Shown: positions 40,577 through 51,007, counted from the first letter of the stretch. The stretch: DNA of 64,000 nt from an uncultured Acidobacteriota bacterium (GCA_963827655.1 CAWHCF010000045.1:1-64000), one strand, 5' to 3'. Translations and numbers: made by a program. The notes: generated by a model not told the origin, from the letters alone.

Positions 40577-41404
40577 TTATTGCAACTTCTGCCAGACGAC
40601 TTGCTCACCCGCATTGCTGGTTCCGGAAAGCTGGTTAGGCAATACCTGCTGAATCTGGATCATGACCACGTACGGTAGAAACATGAAGCCGTTGGTTTCC
40701 TGTCCCTGCATTACGATCTGATTCATCGGCGTGATCTGCCATTGCCCCTGAACAGCGGTCATCCCGGTGGGTTTCATCAACTGGCCCTGGAAGACACCCG
40801 CCGGGTTCAGCTCGACAGTCATGGTTCCCATGATGCCCAACGGAGTCATGATCTGCACCTGCCAGGTGCCCGGAAGAATCTGGGCCAAAGACGCCGCTGC
40901 CGGGACCTGGAAGGGGGTTGCGGCCTGGGACGCGGGATTCATCCCGGGAAATTGCGCCGGCGTCGGTTGCTTGCTGGGCGCACTGGCGGGCCGTTGACGA
41001 GGTTTCGAACCCGCCTTTTCCCCCAAAGCCCTGAAAAGCTGGTCCATAGCCTCCTCGTGGGAGTTCTCCACGAAATCGATCCATTGCAAGCCCGCCAGCT
41101 GCAGGTTCAACTCATGCGGGATATCGCATTGCTGGTACCGGATCGGGATGATCTTCCGTCCCTGTTCATCAGCGAGCGACACCTCCTGAGTGACCTTGCG
41201 CGAATCGACAGAATTGGGGGAAAGAACGAGCATGAAGAAGCTGCACTCGCTGATTGCCTGGCTGATGGCGGCACGCCACTCCTTTCCGCCCCCGATGTCC
41301 TTTCGGTCCACCCACACGTCGAACCCGTGGTTCTCTACCTGCCCGATGAGCTCATCCACGAACTCCCGATCCATGCGCGAATAACTGATGAAGATCTGGC
41401 TCAT
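40577..41404 (-). CDS. TIR-domain protein with Pro/Ala/Gln linker and Gln/Met-rich C-terminal beta domain
   Basis: IFISYSR..VWVDRKDIGGG..LSPNSVDSRKVTQEVSLA..IIPI..LQWIDF (TIR_2); gaggt RBS. Confidence 0.9.
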   Translation of the reverse strand: MSQIFISYSRMDREFVDELIGQVENHGFDVWVDRKDIGGGKEWRAAISQAISECSFFMLVLSPNSVDSRKVTQEVSLADEQGRKIIPIRYQQCDIPHELNLQLAGLQWIDFVENSHEEAMDQLFRALGEKAGSKPRQRPASAPSKQPTPAQFPGMNPASQAATPFQVPAAASLAQILPGTWQVQIMTPLGIMGTMTVELNPAGVFQGQLMKPTGMTAVQGQWQITPMNQIVMQGQETNGFMFLPYVVMIQIQQVLPNQLSGTSNAGEQVVWQKLQ

Positions 41405-41694
41405 GACCCTACCTCAAACGGTGGATTCTATCCTGGCCGCACGGCGCCCGTTTCCTCCCCGCGCGCGCCTGCGACGGCCACGTCGCGGAGCAAACAATTC
41501 ACCATCAGATAGTGATCCAGGCGATCGTTCAGTTACATCTCACGACGCGAACAGCCTGCTATGTCGACGGAAGAATGAGTGCGGCTCCCTTTCTGGCATA
41601 GGCCGCGGGCTGACTTTACCCGGTTACCTTCACGACGACAAGCGTCATCTCGTGTTGCGACGCGTCCCGAAGGGCCGGCGCGCCTCGGCCGTAA

Positions 41695-41891
41695 GAGAGT
41701 GTCGCAAAAACCTGCCAATACATGTGCGGACGGGCTATCAAGCCCGTCCGGCTCCCAGGGGCACTACTGAACTTTTAAGGTTAAGGCATACGATTACGAA
41801 ACTTGCGACGGGCCATTGGCCCGTCGCCACAGGGTGCTCTGGAAGAATCTCTGAGCGACCTGCCAGAGAATCTTGGTTTTGAGACAATCTC
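41695..41891. mobile_element. MITE-like element enclosing an inverted REP pair
   Basis: Ends gagagtgtcgcaaaaacc / ggttttgagacaatctc; internal hairpins cggacgggc-tatcaa-gcccgtccg and gcgacgggcc-att-ggcccgtcgc; no clear target duplication. Confidence 0.5.
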
Positions 41892-42090
41892 GCAAGGCAG
41901 GGGAAATCGTGTTTTCCAGTTCTGCTTACTGCTTACTGCTTTTTCATTTTCCCCTTCGAAACAAATTCAAGTTGCATCAAAATGTCCCCACTTTATGACA
42001 ACAAAAGTCATGTTATTGTCTTCGCTGTCTCAGGCTGCTTGACTTTCATGGGATGACTTTTGAACAGGAGCTGCGGATATGCGACCTCGC

Positions 42091-43521
42091 ATGAAACGAC
42101 GAGATTTTCTATTGCAAACCGCTGTGGCCGGACTTGCCGGGAGCCTGCGAACTTCTCCGGTTGCTGCTGCTCCGGACTCCCGTCAGGCCACCGGTGTAAA
42201 GGTCGGCGAAGTCTCCGACTCCGCAGCCACCGCCTGGATGCGGCTGACCGCGACGGGCGCGCGGCGCTCCGACGGAGTGATTCGCAGCGGCCGGCCTCAG
42301 CCCTTCCCCGCTGACCTGAAGATCAGTGACCTGGAAGGCTCCTGTCCCGGCGCGTCGGGCCGGGTCCGTTTCGTCCTCTCAACTACGGAGAGTCTGAGCG
42401 GCGCTCGGAACACGCCTTGGCAGGAGGTTAACTCGGCGACCGACTTTACCCATCAGTTCCGCCTCACAGATCTGCGCCCGGACACCTTCTATTACTATTC
42501 TGCCGAGACCGCAGACTCATCAGGCCGGCTGCACGCGCCGCTGCGAGGCAAGTTTCGCACCGCCCCGCGCCCCCAGGATCCCACGCCGATCAGTTTCAAC
42601 ATGACAACCTGCCAGAAGTACTCGCAGCTCGACCATCCTGAGGGATTCCACATTTATGAGTCCATGCGGCGGCTGGATCCCCGTTTCTTTATCAGCGCGG
42701 GCGACATCGTCTACTACGACTCCGATGATCCTCGCGCGACGACCGCGGAACTCGCGCGCTACCACTGGCAGCGTATGTTCAGTTTCCCCCGCCATATCCG
42801 GATGCTGCTCGATGTCCCTGGCTATTGGGAGAAAGATGACCACGACACGCTCACCGACGATACCTGGCGCACTCAGACGCAGCCCCCCGAGATGAAGTTA
42901 ACCTTCGAGGAAGGTTTGAGCATCTTCCGGGAACAGGTGCCCATGGGAGAACGCACGTATCGCACCTTCCGCTGGGGCAAGACGCTGCAGATCTGGCTGG
43001 TCGAGGGCCGCGACTATCGCTCGCCGAACAACATGCCTGACGGCCCGCAAAAGACGATCTGGGGCGCCGAACAAAAGCAATGGCTGCAGCAGACCCTCGT
43101 CGCGAGCGACGCCGATTGGAAGATTCTCGTCAGTCCGACCCCCATCGTTGGCCCCGACCGCACCAACAAGCACGACAACCATTCCAACCTGGACTTTGCC
43201 CACGAGGGTCACGAATTCCGCGAATGGGTAAAGGCGAACGTGGCGGACAATTTCTTCAACATCAACGGCGACCGCCATTGGCAATACCACTCGGTGCACC
43301 CGGAAACCGGACTGAACGAGTTCTCGGTCGGGGCCGCGAGCGATTCGCACGCCAGCGGCTCACCGGGCGAAGACAAGCGTTACCATCGCTTTCATCGCAT
43401 GCAGGGTGGCTTCTTGCAGGTTGAAACGGCGCGCGCCGGCGGCGAGAGCCATATACATTTTCGCCTGCGCGACGTCTATGGCAAGGTGGTTTACGAATTC
43501 TCGAAATCGCGCCGGGCTTGA
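42091..43521 (+). CDS. PhoD-like metallophosphatase, Tat-exported
   Basis: MKRRDFL Tat motif; GDIVYYD, KDDHD, EGRDYRS, NGDRHWQY. Confidence 0.88.
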   Translation: MKRRDFLLQTAVAGLAGSLRTSPVAAAPDSRQATGVKVGEVSDSAATAWMRLTATGARRSDGVIRSGRPQPFPADLKISDLEGSCPGASGRVRFVLSTTESLSGARNTPWQEVNSATDFTHQFRLTDLRPDTFYYYSAETADSSGRLHAPLRGKFRTAPRPQDPTPISFNMTTCQKYSQLDHPEGFHIYESMRRLDPRFFISAGDIVYYDSDDPRATTAELARYHWQRMFSFPRHIRMLLDVPGYWEKDDHDTLTDDTWRTQTQPPEMKLTFEEGLSIFREQVPMGERTYRTFRWGKTLQIWLVEGRDYRSPNNMPDGPQKTIWGAEQKQWLQQTLVASDADWKILVSPTPIVGPDRTNKHDNHSNLDFAHEGHEFREWVKANVADNFFNINGDRHWQYHSVHPETGLNEFSVGAASDSHASGSPGEDKRYHRFHRMQGGFLQVETARAGGESHIHFRLRDVYGKVVYEFSKSRRA

Positions 43522-43587
43522 CTGGTCGATGCCTTCGCCGCTGTGGGCATGCCAGCCGAGAGCGCGAAATCACTGAAGGAGTAGCAA

Positions 43588-44526
43588 CTATTTGAGTTCG
43601 TCATAAACCACCTGGACGTTGCTCTTCAGCCGCGCCGGCTGTGGGGCGGTATAGCCAGTGTACTTGGCCGGTATTGTCCAGCTGTTCGCCACATCGTCGA
43701 CCGACTTGCCAGCCTTCTTTCCCTCTTGAACCGCTTTCAGGAAGTCACGATTGAATTCGGCATAGTCCCGCAGATCGTTCATCGTCATCTGTGTGCTGTG
43801 GCCCGTGATGATGGTATCGACGTTTTTGACGGAATTAGCTGCCTTCGCAAGAGTGTCCGGCATCGCAACGCCACTGCCGCCGTTGATTGCGTCAAGTAAC
43901 GGGATATTTTTCCCCGAGAAGATGTCGCCTGCGTGCATGACACGCAGCGCCGGAAAGACGATCCAGGCGTCGCCGTTCGTATGTCCACGCCCGAAGTAGT
44001 AAAGATCGATCCGATCGTTTCCGCTCCCGATGGACGTCTTATCGTCAAATGTTTTCTTTGGCATTCCTTTGCCGTTATTGGCCTGGAAGATGTTGGTAGC
44101 CGGCTGCTGTGGCACAATCCCGGTGGGCGTGGCCATCTTCTCCATGTTCGCTTTCGTGTTCTTGTGTGTGATGACCTCGACGCTAGCCGGAAACTCCACG
44201 TTGCCGCTGACATGATCGCCGTGGGTATGCGTGTTGAGGATCGTTGTCACCGGTTTGCTGGTCAGCTCCTTGATCTTGTCGAGAATCGGCTGGCCCCATC
44301 CCGGATTCTTCGTGTCGACGACCACGACACCCTTGGCGGTGATGAAGACAGCGGTGTTGCCGCCGCCGCCCTTGAGCACGAACAGGTTCTCGCTTAACTT
44401 CTCGACCTGCACGACCTTTGGGGCTTCCTGCTGACTGCTGCCTCGCGCCGGCTGTTGATATGCGGCGATGACCAGGGGCAGCGAGCCGACTGCCAGAAGC
44501 GCGACCAGGACCATGACTCTTTTCAT
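43588..44526 (-). CDS. Secreted MBL-fold metallohydrolase
   Basis: NTHTHGDHVSGN, GHTNGD, HAGD, ITGH; ggagg RBS. Confidence 0.92.
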   Translation of the reverse strand: MKRVMVLVALLAVGSLPLVIAAYQQPARGSSQQEAPKVVQVEKLSENLFVLKGGGGNTAVFITAKGVVVVDTKNPGWGQPILDKIKELTSKPVTTILNTHTHGDHVSGNVEFPASVEVITHKNTKANMEKMATPTGIVPQQPATNIFQANNGKGMPKKTFDDKTSIGSGNDRIDLYYFGRGHTNGDAWIVFPALRVMHAGDIFSGKNIPLLDAINGGSGVAMPDTLAKAANSVKNVDTIITGHSTQMTMNDLRDYAEFNRDFLKAVQEGKKAGKSVDDVANSWTIPAKYTGYTAPQPARLKSNVQVVYDELK

Positions 44527-44842
44527 ACCCTGCCTCCTCGAAAGAAAACGCGTTAAGCGAATCAGAGTGCGGGCAAACTCCGCTGAAATCACAATGGTGC
44601 TGTAACGGCCACGATCGTGGACATCAGAAATTGCCGAGACATAAGCCAACGCAATTATAGGAGATTCTTTCTCGAGCGCAACGGAAAGGCTCTAAAGACC
44701 GAGGTGGATCTGCTTCTATGATCTGCGGAATAGCTCCGCCAGGCGACGCCAAGCCGGCCGGCTGCGGATCGGCGCCCGGCGTTGACCTTCACGATGTGGA
44801 AAGCAGCCAGATCCTTCCAGAGCGGGAGGGAGGTGCTCCAGG

Positions 44843-45874
44843 TCATTCCTTCTTCTTTGGCTCGTTGAAGGACCGTTCGACTGTATCGTGCACGTCGGTG
44901 GACACGCCGTGGTCGCGCCAGAGCCAGCGCATCATTTCAGGGAACACGGTGCGAAGCATCTTCTGGCCGTGGCGCTGGATGCCCCAGGAGTAGTTGAGGT
45001 CGTAACCCTTCTCGGCCAACGCCTGCTGCATGCGGACATTCTGGTAGAACCAGTCGCGCGTCTGGTCGTAGCTGCCGTCGGTGCGCAGCCCGCGGTTATC
45101 GTTGCGGCCGCCGACCAGGAACACGCGCAGCGGTTTCTTTTCGCTCTTGCGGATGATATCCGGATAGACGTGCCCGCCCCGGAGATTGGTGAAGCTGCCG
45201 ACATTACTCAGCACCTTTCGGAAATGATTGGGGCGCTCCCAGGCGACCGTGAACGCGGCGATCGCGCCTGAGCTCGAGCCGCCGATCCCGTGCCGCTCCG
45301 GGTCCTTCGAGATGTTGTAGTCCTTGTACAACGCCGGCAGCAGCTCGTCGACGATCACGCGCGCGTACTTGTCGTCGAGCGTGTTGTATTCGGTCGGACG
45401 GTTGGTGTCGCGATCGCCCCAGTTGGAGAGCGTCGGTTCGGGCTGGTCGGGCCGGCGCCCGGGATTGATGAAGACCCCGATCATGACCGGGATCTCGCGC
45501 CGGTAGATGAGATTGTCCATGACGACGTGCGCACGGACGTCGCCCTCGGGATGCATGAAAGCCTGGCCGTCGTTGTAGATCATCAGGCCGGCGGGCGTCG
45601 ACGGGTCGTATTGCGCGGGTACGTAGACCCAGTAGGTGTGTTGCGTCCCGGGATAGGCTTCGCTCGGCAGCGTAAACGGACCGCGGATCTCCCCCTTGGG
45701 CACGCCTTCCTTCGGCAGTGAATCGGGAGAGAGCTGGTAGTGGAGGTCGGTGTCCGGCGTCTGCGCCATCGCGGGGCGCTGGCCGCTTTGCGGAGGCTTC
45801 TCGGTCGGCGAAGGCGTCTGCGCAAACCCTCCGCATGTGAGCGCGGTGCTTAGAATGACAAGTCGGATCGTCAT
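44843..45874 (-). CDS. Alpha/beta hydrolase, enterochelin-esterase-like
   Basis: [24 protein letters not shown] nucleophile elbow, signal peptide. Confidence 0.9.
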   Translation of the reverse strand: MTIRLVILSTALTCGGFAQTPSPTEKPPQSGQRPAMAQTPDTDLHYQLSPDSLPKEGVPKGEIRGPFTLPSEAYPGTQHTYWVYVPAQYDPSTPAGLMIYNDGQAFMHPEGDVRAHVVMDNLIYRREIPVMIGVFINPGRRPDQPEPTLSNWGDRDTNRPTEYNTLDDKYARVIVDELLPALYKDYNISKDPERHGIGGSSSGAIAAFTVAWERPNHFRKVLSNVGSFTNLRGGHVYPDIIRKSEKKPLRVFLVGGRNDNRGLRTDGSYDQTRDWFYQNVRMQQALAEKGYDLNYSWGIQRHGQKMLRTVFPEMMRWLWRDHGVSTDVHDTVERSFNEPKKKE

Positions 45875-46496
45875 CTTTCGGCCAACATATCAAAACGTTG
45901 GTGGGTGCCGGCACCGCTCTCCGGCCGACGGCAGGACTACGTCGGTCTCCTTGCGCGGTCTCCCTCAACGGGTTGTGATTCTGCCTTTATGTCAACTTCC
46001 GGCTGTTCCTGCACCGCCTTCAGCCGGCCCTGGGCAGTTATCTTACTTCGATTGATGCGGGCGACGGTGGAGTTTTTTGCGGTCGGCCAACCGCAACTGA
46101 GCGACCCTGATTTGCCTGCGAAGGCATAGCCGGCAGCGCCGGCTGTTCGACGGCGGCTGGCAGCGCACGAAGATCGACGCCCCGATTCCGAGCTGATCCA
46201 AGGCCCAGTGCGCTGATCCCCGGTAGGTAGGGCGGGCCCCCCAGCAGTGGATTTCGTAATGCACGTTGCATTGCTGAAAAATCGCTTCCGAGTTCAGGCA
46301 AAACTCTGCCATCTTTTCGTATAGCCGCTGAATCAAATCCGGGCGGCTTCAGCCGAGGAGAGGTTTGGTAAACATCAGCTGGTTTCATGGGGAATCAGGC
46401 GTTTTTCTCGAAATGGTTTGCCTGTGAACCGCACTAGTTGACGGACCTGGGTACTCACGTCTTGAGGAGCCGGGTCCGTACGAGCGGCTCGCAATC

Positions 46497-46568
46497 TCGC
46501 GCATTCCAAAGGGCGCTCTTGGAGTGCGGTAGCGAGTTACCGCCCTGTTTGGCGAAGCTGCTTCGCCT
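46497..46568. repeat. REP-like motifs (ttggagtgcg family)
   Basis: cgcattccaaagggcgctcttggagtgcggtagcgagttaccgc plus ggcgaagctgcttcgcc hairpin. Confidence 0.65.
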
Positions 46569-46638
46569 TTACCGAGTTCTGAAGAAGGAAGCTATTCGTT
46601 TGTCCCACGGCCACGGCCCAAGAAATCAGGAGGCAGGA

Positions 46639-47695
46639 ATGGCGGACAAGAGGCAGATAGAGATTCTTTTGGATGACGTCGAGAAGTGGAACAAGTGGCG
46701 AAACGAGAATCCCGAGACGCGACCGGACCTCACCAGAGCCGACCTGAGCTGCAGGGTCCTGGACGGAGCGGACTTGCATCGGGCGAATCTCGCAGAAGCT
46801 GATCTCACCCACTCCATCCTCCACGAAGCGAACCTGTGCGAGACAGACCTGACCGGCGCCAGGCTGATCGGGACGAATTTATGCCGGGCGCGCCTTTGCG
46901 GCGCTGATCTGTCCGGCGCAGACCTGCACCGGGCGAACCTCGACCGCGCCGACCTCACCGGGGCTGATCTCAGTGACGCAAACCTCGAACGAACCATAAT
47001 GGTACGGACCACGGTCTCGAACGCAACCTTCACACGTTGCCGGGTGTACGGAGCCTCCGCCTGGGACCTCGACCTGACAAACGTGAAGGATCAGTCGAGC
47101 CTGCGCATTACTCGGGACGATGATCCGGCCAGAATCACAGTCGATAATCTCGAGGTTGCGCAGTTCGTCTACCTGCTGCTGCATAATGAGAAGATCCGGG
47201 ATGTCCTCGACACGATTGGCCAGAAAGGGGTCCTGATACTCGGACGCTTTACCGAGGAGAGGAAGGCGGTGCTTGATGCGATTCGGAACCGGCTCAGCCA
47301 GCTTGGATTTGTGCCCATGATGTTCGATTTCGAGAGACCGACTCAGCGGGACTTCACCGAAACGATCAAGACGCTCGCCGGATTGAGCCGGTTCATCATT
47401 GCCGACATCACAAACCCGAAGTCGAGCCCGCTGGAACTTCAGGCGACAATGCCGGACTACATGATTCCTTTCGTGCCGATCATCCATGAGGACGAGGAGC
47501 CCATTCGAGATGTTCCGTGACCTCAGACAGAAATACGGAGAATGGGTTCTTGACGTTCTCGAATACGATTCGGTTGCTGGCTTGCTTGAAGTGATGGACA
47601 AAGCGGTGATCAAGCCGGCACTCAAGATGGGTGACCGACTCCTGATCAAGAAAGCGGAAGCAATTCGCAAACGACACGTGAGGGATTACGCTTAG
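46639..47695 (+). CDS. Pentapeptide-repeat protein with C-terminal TIR/NDT-like domain; frameshift near 47500
   Basis: ggagg RBS; WNKWR..PDL, A(D/N)L repeats; VLILGRF..FDF..LSRFIIADITNPKSSPLEL; continues in ORF 47486-47695. Confidence 0.85.
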
Positions 47696-47708
47696 CGTTA
47701 GAGCTGCA

Positions 47709-47750
47709 AACAAATACCACGAAGACACAAAGACACGAAGAAACACCAAG
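47709..47750. repeat. Octamer-family repeat, full 42-bp copy
   Basis: aacaaataccacgaagacacaaagacacgaagaaacaccaag, 6 nt from the lgt stop. Confidence 0.85.
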
Positions 47751-47756
47751 AATCCA

Positions 47757-48728
47757 TCAATGGGCCGGCACCCTGGGATAGAGCCACGAGTACTGAAGTC
47801 CCGGATGTCGCTTGCCGTAACGGGTCGGGATGTCCTGCGTCCAGTTGCTCGGCATAGTCAGGCAGAAGAGAAGTGCGGCGCCGAAGGCGGCTCGCTGCGC
47901 GATCGACGGCCGGCCGATGAGCGTCTCCGGCGGCGGCACCGACCTGGCTTCGGGCGCCCCCAGACGCCCCAGGCGGCGAAGGCGTGATCGCACGAGCAGC
48001 ACGACCCCGATCAGCGTCATGACGATGTTCAGCGTCTGGCCTGTGCCCAGGGCGAGCCGGTGGGTCGGGTAGTTGCGGAAGAGATCGACGAAGATGCGGA
48101 GGAATGCGTACCAGAACACGAATCGCGCAGCCACAGCGCCCGGCGGATGCGGTCGGTTCCGCACCGCGATCAGGTACGGGATCAACAGCAGGTTCTTGAA
48201 GCCGTCATAGAGTACGACCGGGTGCCGGAACCCTTCGGCATCCGGGAATTTTACCGCCCAGGGGACATCGGTCAGACTGCCGACGATCTGCCCGTCGATG
48301 AAGTTTCCAATCCGGCCGACACCCATCAGAAACGCCCCCGGAATCACGAGCGCGTCGGCGAGACGCAGGAAGGGCACCTTCTGCCAGCGCGCGAAGATCC
48401 ACGTACCTGCCGCCGCGCCGATGAGCAGGCCGTGCGTGGCCATGCCTCCCAGCCAGTAGGCAGGAATCAGCCAGAGATGCTCACGGTAGAACGGCCACTC
48501 GTCGAAGGCGACCTCGACCGCGCGTCCTCCGAGCAGAACGCCCGCGAGGAAAATCAACGTGAGCGAGTAAACCTGGGACAGCGTCAGTCCCAGGCGCACG
48601 CGCTCGCGCCGCAGGAACAGATGAATCTGCAGGAACCCGAGCGTGTAGCTGAGGCCGTACCACCAGAGATACACGCCGCCGATCGCGCCGATCACCGGGT
48701 CGATGCCATGGACGTAAGGGCCGGACAT
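47757..48728 (-). CDS. lgt: Prolipoprotein diacylglyceryl transferase with C-terminal extension
   Basis: WYGLSY, LGGR, GGMATHG, GRIGNFIDG, RHPVVLYD, Y..LRIFVDLFR. Confidence 0.88.
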   Translation of the reverse strand: MSGPYVHGIDPVIGAIGGVYLWWYGLSYTLGFLQIHLFLRRERVRLGLTLSQVYSLTLIFLAGVLLGGRAVEVAFDEWPFYREHLWLIPAYWLGGMATHGLLIGAAAGTWIFARWQKVPFLRLADALVIPGAFLMGVGRIGNFIDGQIVGSLTDVPWAVKFPDAEGFRHPVVLYDGFKNLLLIPYLIAVRNRPHPPGAVAARFVFWYAFLRIFVDLFRNYPTHRLALGTGQTLNIVMTLIGVVLLVRSRLRRLGRLGAPEARSVPPPETLIGRPSIAQRAAFGAALLFCLTMPSNWTQDIPTRYGKRHPGLQYSWLYPRVPAH

Positions 48729-48747
48729 GACATGCTCTTTCAAGGTT

Positions 48748-50334
48748 TCAAGGAGACGGCCGCCTCGTGTCATCGTGAGCGGGCAGCGTCTGCGTGTAGA
48801 GCACCGCTCCCTCGCGGCTCCGAAGCGTCACGGTTGCGGCGAGCGTCGCCGGATCCACCGCCAGGGCGCCGAAGAATTGCAGGCCGTCGCTCGGCGGCCG
48901 ATTGGGCTTCATGCCCGTCGGGATGGCACAGAACTTCAACGCAGGTCCGAACGTTGGGTCGAGCGCACCCGGACCAAAGGTGCCCGCGTGCAGCGGACCC
49001 GCGACGAACTCCCAGAATGGGTCGAAGCGCGTGAAGCGCGCCCGCGAGGGGTGATATTCGTGGGCGGCCGCGTAGTGCACGTCGGCCGTGATCCAGACGA
49101 CGTTGCGGACGCGGCGCGTCTGGAGCGCGCCCAGCAGACGCGCGATCTCGTGCTCGCGCCCGAGGACCTCCGGGTCGGCGTTCGCCCACGCCTCGTAGGC
49201 CGATGGCCCATCGGTCACGACTACGCCGAGCGGCATGTCGCATGCGACGATCTTCCATACAGCACCCGACTGCGCGAGGGCGTGCTCGAGCCAGGCGAGC
49301 TGCGTTGCGCCGAGCATGACGGTGTCCGGCCCGGGCTGCGGCTGTCGATTGGGCGAGTTGGCGGAGCGATAGCTGCGGCAGTCGAGCACAAAGACCTCCG
49401 CCAGCGGTCCGAGCGGCTGCCGTCGAAAGACACGGCGAGGATCGCTCCGATTGAGCCGGATCGGGACGTATTCCCTGAAAGCCTGGTTGGCGCGGCTCGC
49501 GAGCGTGTTGACGTCCTTCTCGCGATAGCGCGTTTCGGGCCCCGCGTCGCCGAGCCGCTCGCCCGGATACCAGTTGTTGAGCGTCTCGTGGTCGTCCCAC
49601 TGGGCGATCATCGGGACCTCGGCGTTGAAGCGGCGAAGGTGCTCGTCGAGCAGGTTGTAGCGGTATCGTCCGCGGAACTGCCGCAGTGTCTCGGCGACCG
49701 TCGCCACCTCCTCGGTGACCACATTGCGCCACTCGCTCCCATCATCCAGTGTCACCGATGCCGGGATGGGGCCGTCGGCGTAGATGAGATCGCCCGAGTG
49801 AACGAACAGGCCAGGCTCGAGTCGGCGCATGGATTCGTAGATGCGCATGCCGCCGCGGGATGTGTCGATGCCCCAGCCCTGACCGGCGGTGTCGCCGCCC
49901 CAGACGAGGGTAAACGGCCGCGGCGTGCGTGCGGGCGTCGAAAAGCTCCCGGTCGCCGGTTCGCTCATCTCACCCGAGCGCGATTCGAAGCGCACCTCGT
50001 AGAAGACGCGCTGTCCCGGCGGGAGGCCGCTGAGATCGATCCGCGCCGTGAAGTCTTCCGTGACGTTCGTGGGATCGCTGCGACGGATGCGAGCGTTTTC
50101 GAAGCGGGGCGTCGTCGCGTACCGGACGACCATGCGCGCCGGGCGGTCGGTCCGGCTCCACACGATCGCGCGATCCGATGTGATGTCGCCGCTCTGGACG
50201 CCGCAGGTGATCTGCGGGCGCTCCTGAGCCGAGACAATGAGACCGGGCGCCGCGCGGCTTACCGCTGCGAGGCCGAGTCCGGCGGAGGCGGAGAGAAGCC
50301 TCCGGCGGGTCAGGATTCGAGGTCGATCGCTCAC
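48748..50334 (-). CDS. phoD: Alkaline phosphatase D, Tat-exported
   Basis: TRRRLL Tat motif; GVQSGD, HSGDLIYAD, QWDDHE, LDCRSYR, TADVHY. Confidence 0.93.
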   Translation of the reverse strand: MSDRPRILTRRRLLSASAGLGLAAVSRAAPGLIVSAQERPQITCGVQSGDITSDRAIVWSRTDRPARMVVRYATTPRFENARIRRSDPTNVTEDFTARIDLSGLPPGQRVFYEVRFESRSGEMSEPATGSFSTPARTPRPFTLVWGGDTAGQGWGIDTSRGGMRIYESMRRLEPGLFVHSGDLIYADGPIPASVTLDDGSEWRNVVTEEVATVAETLRQFRGRYRYNLLDEHLRRFNAEVPMIAQWDDHETLNNWYPGERLGDAGPETRYREKDVNTLASRANQAFREYVPIRLNRSDPRRVFRRQPLGPLAEVFVLDCRSYRSANSPNRQPQPGPDTVMLGATQLAWLEHALAQSGAVWKIVACDMPLGVVVTDGPSAYEAWANADPEVLGREHEIARLLGALQTRRVRNVVWITADVHYAAAHEYHPSRARFTRFDPFWEFVAGPLHAGTFGPGALDPTFGPALKFCAIPTGMKPNRPPSDGLQFFGALAVDPATLAATVTLRSREGAVLYTQTLPAHDDTRRPSP

Positions 50335-50384
50335 AACCGGGATTTTACGCCCGAACGAGTGTTTCCCGGATCATGGAAGATTAC

Positions 50385-50419
50385 GTTTCTTGTGTCTTCG
50401 CGTCTTAGTGGTATTTGTT
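50385..50419. repeat. Octamer-family repeat copy, inverted relative to 47709
   Basis: gtttcttgtgtcttcgcgtcttagtggtatttgtt. Confidence 0.85.
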
Positions 50420-50520
50420 CCACTTTTTATTCGAATAAGCGGGGCGTCTGAGAAGTAGATTCAGCCACATTGGGTCGGCTTGCAGTGTAGCAGGGAAGCC
50501 GCCACGAAAGGTTAAGAGCC

Positions 50521-50937
50521 ATGGGGAAACACATTCAGATTCTGGCGATACTCAACATAGTCTGGGGCTCGCTCGGTGTCCTCGGAGCCGTCATCGTTCT
50601 GGCAGTCTTCGGCGGGGTGACGACCATCATTCATTTTGCCGGAGGAGCTGAGCCAGGGGCAGAGCTTGCCATTCCGATCGTCGGGACAGTCGGCGGGTTG
50701 GTGTTTCTACTCCTGATTGTTACTTCCGCGCCCTCGATCGTTGCCGGCATCGCGCTGCTCAAATTCAAAGAGTGGGCGCGAATTCTCGCCCTGGTCGTTT
50801 CCGCTCTCCATCTTTTCAGCATTCCGTTTGGCACCGCCCTCGGGATCTACGGTCTCTGGGTCCTTCTCTCCCAGGAATCGACTGCTCTATTCCATTCCCG
50901 GGAAAGAGCGGTGCGAATCGGCGTAGAGAATCCCTGA
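50521..50937 (+). CDS. Small membrane protein
   Basis: Three to four hydrophobic segments; WARIL..IPFGTALGIYGLWVL. Confidence 0.82.
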   Translation: MGKHIQILAILNIVWGSLGVLGAVIVLAVFGGVTTIIHFAGGAEPGAELAIPIVGTVGGLVFLLLIVTSAPSIVAGIALLKFKEWARILALVVSALHLFSIPFGTALGIYGLWVLLSQESTALFHSRERAVRIGVENP

Positions 50938-51007
50938 CCAGGAGATAGCCACGTCCCGGCGGAAGCGTTTGCGTTGTGATATTCTGTGCAAACAAGAAGA
51001 GGTGAAC

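Noticed and set aside
46038-46388. Short minus-strand ORFs; MKPADVYQTSPR faintly resembles an IS481 integrase tail
   Set aside because: No DDE motif or upstream homology; too little to call.
48727-50451. Long antisense ORFs (574 aa here; also 19362-20621, 36573-38045, 58734-60266)
   Set aside because: Shadows of well-supported genes on the opposite strand in GC-rich DNA.
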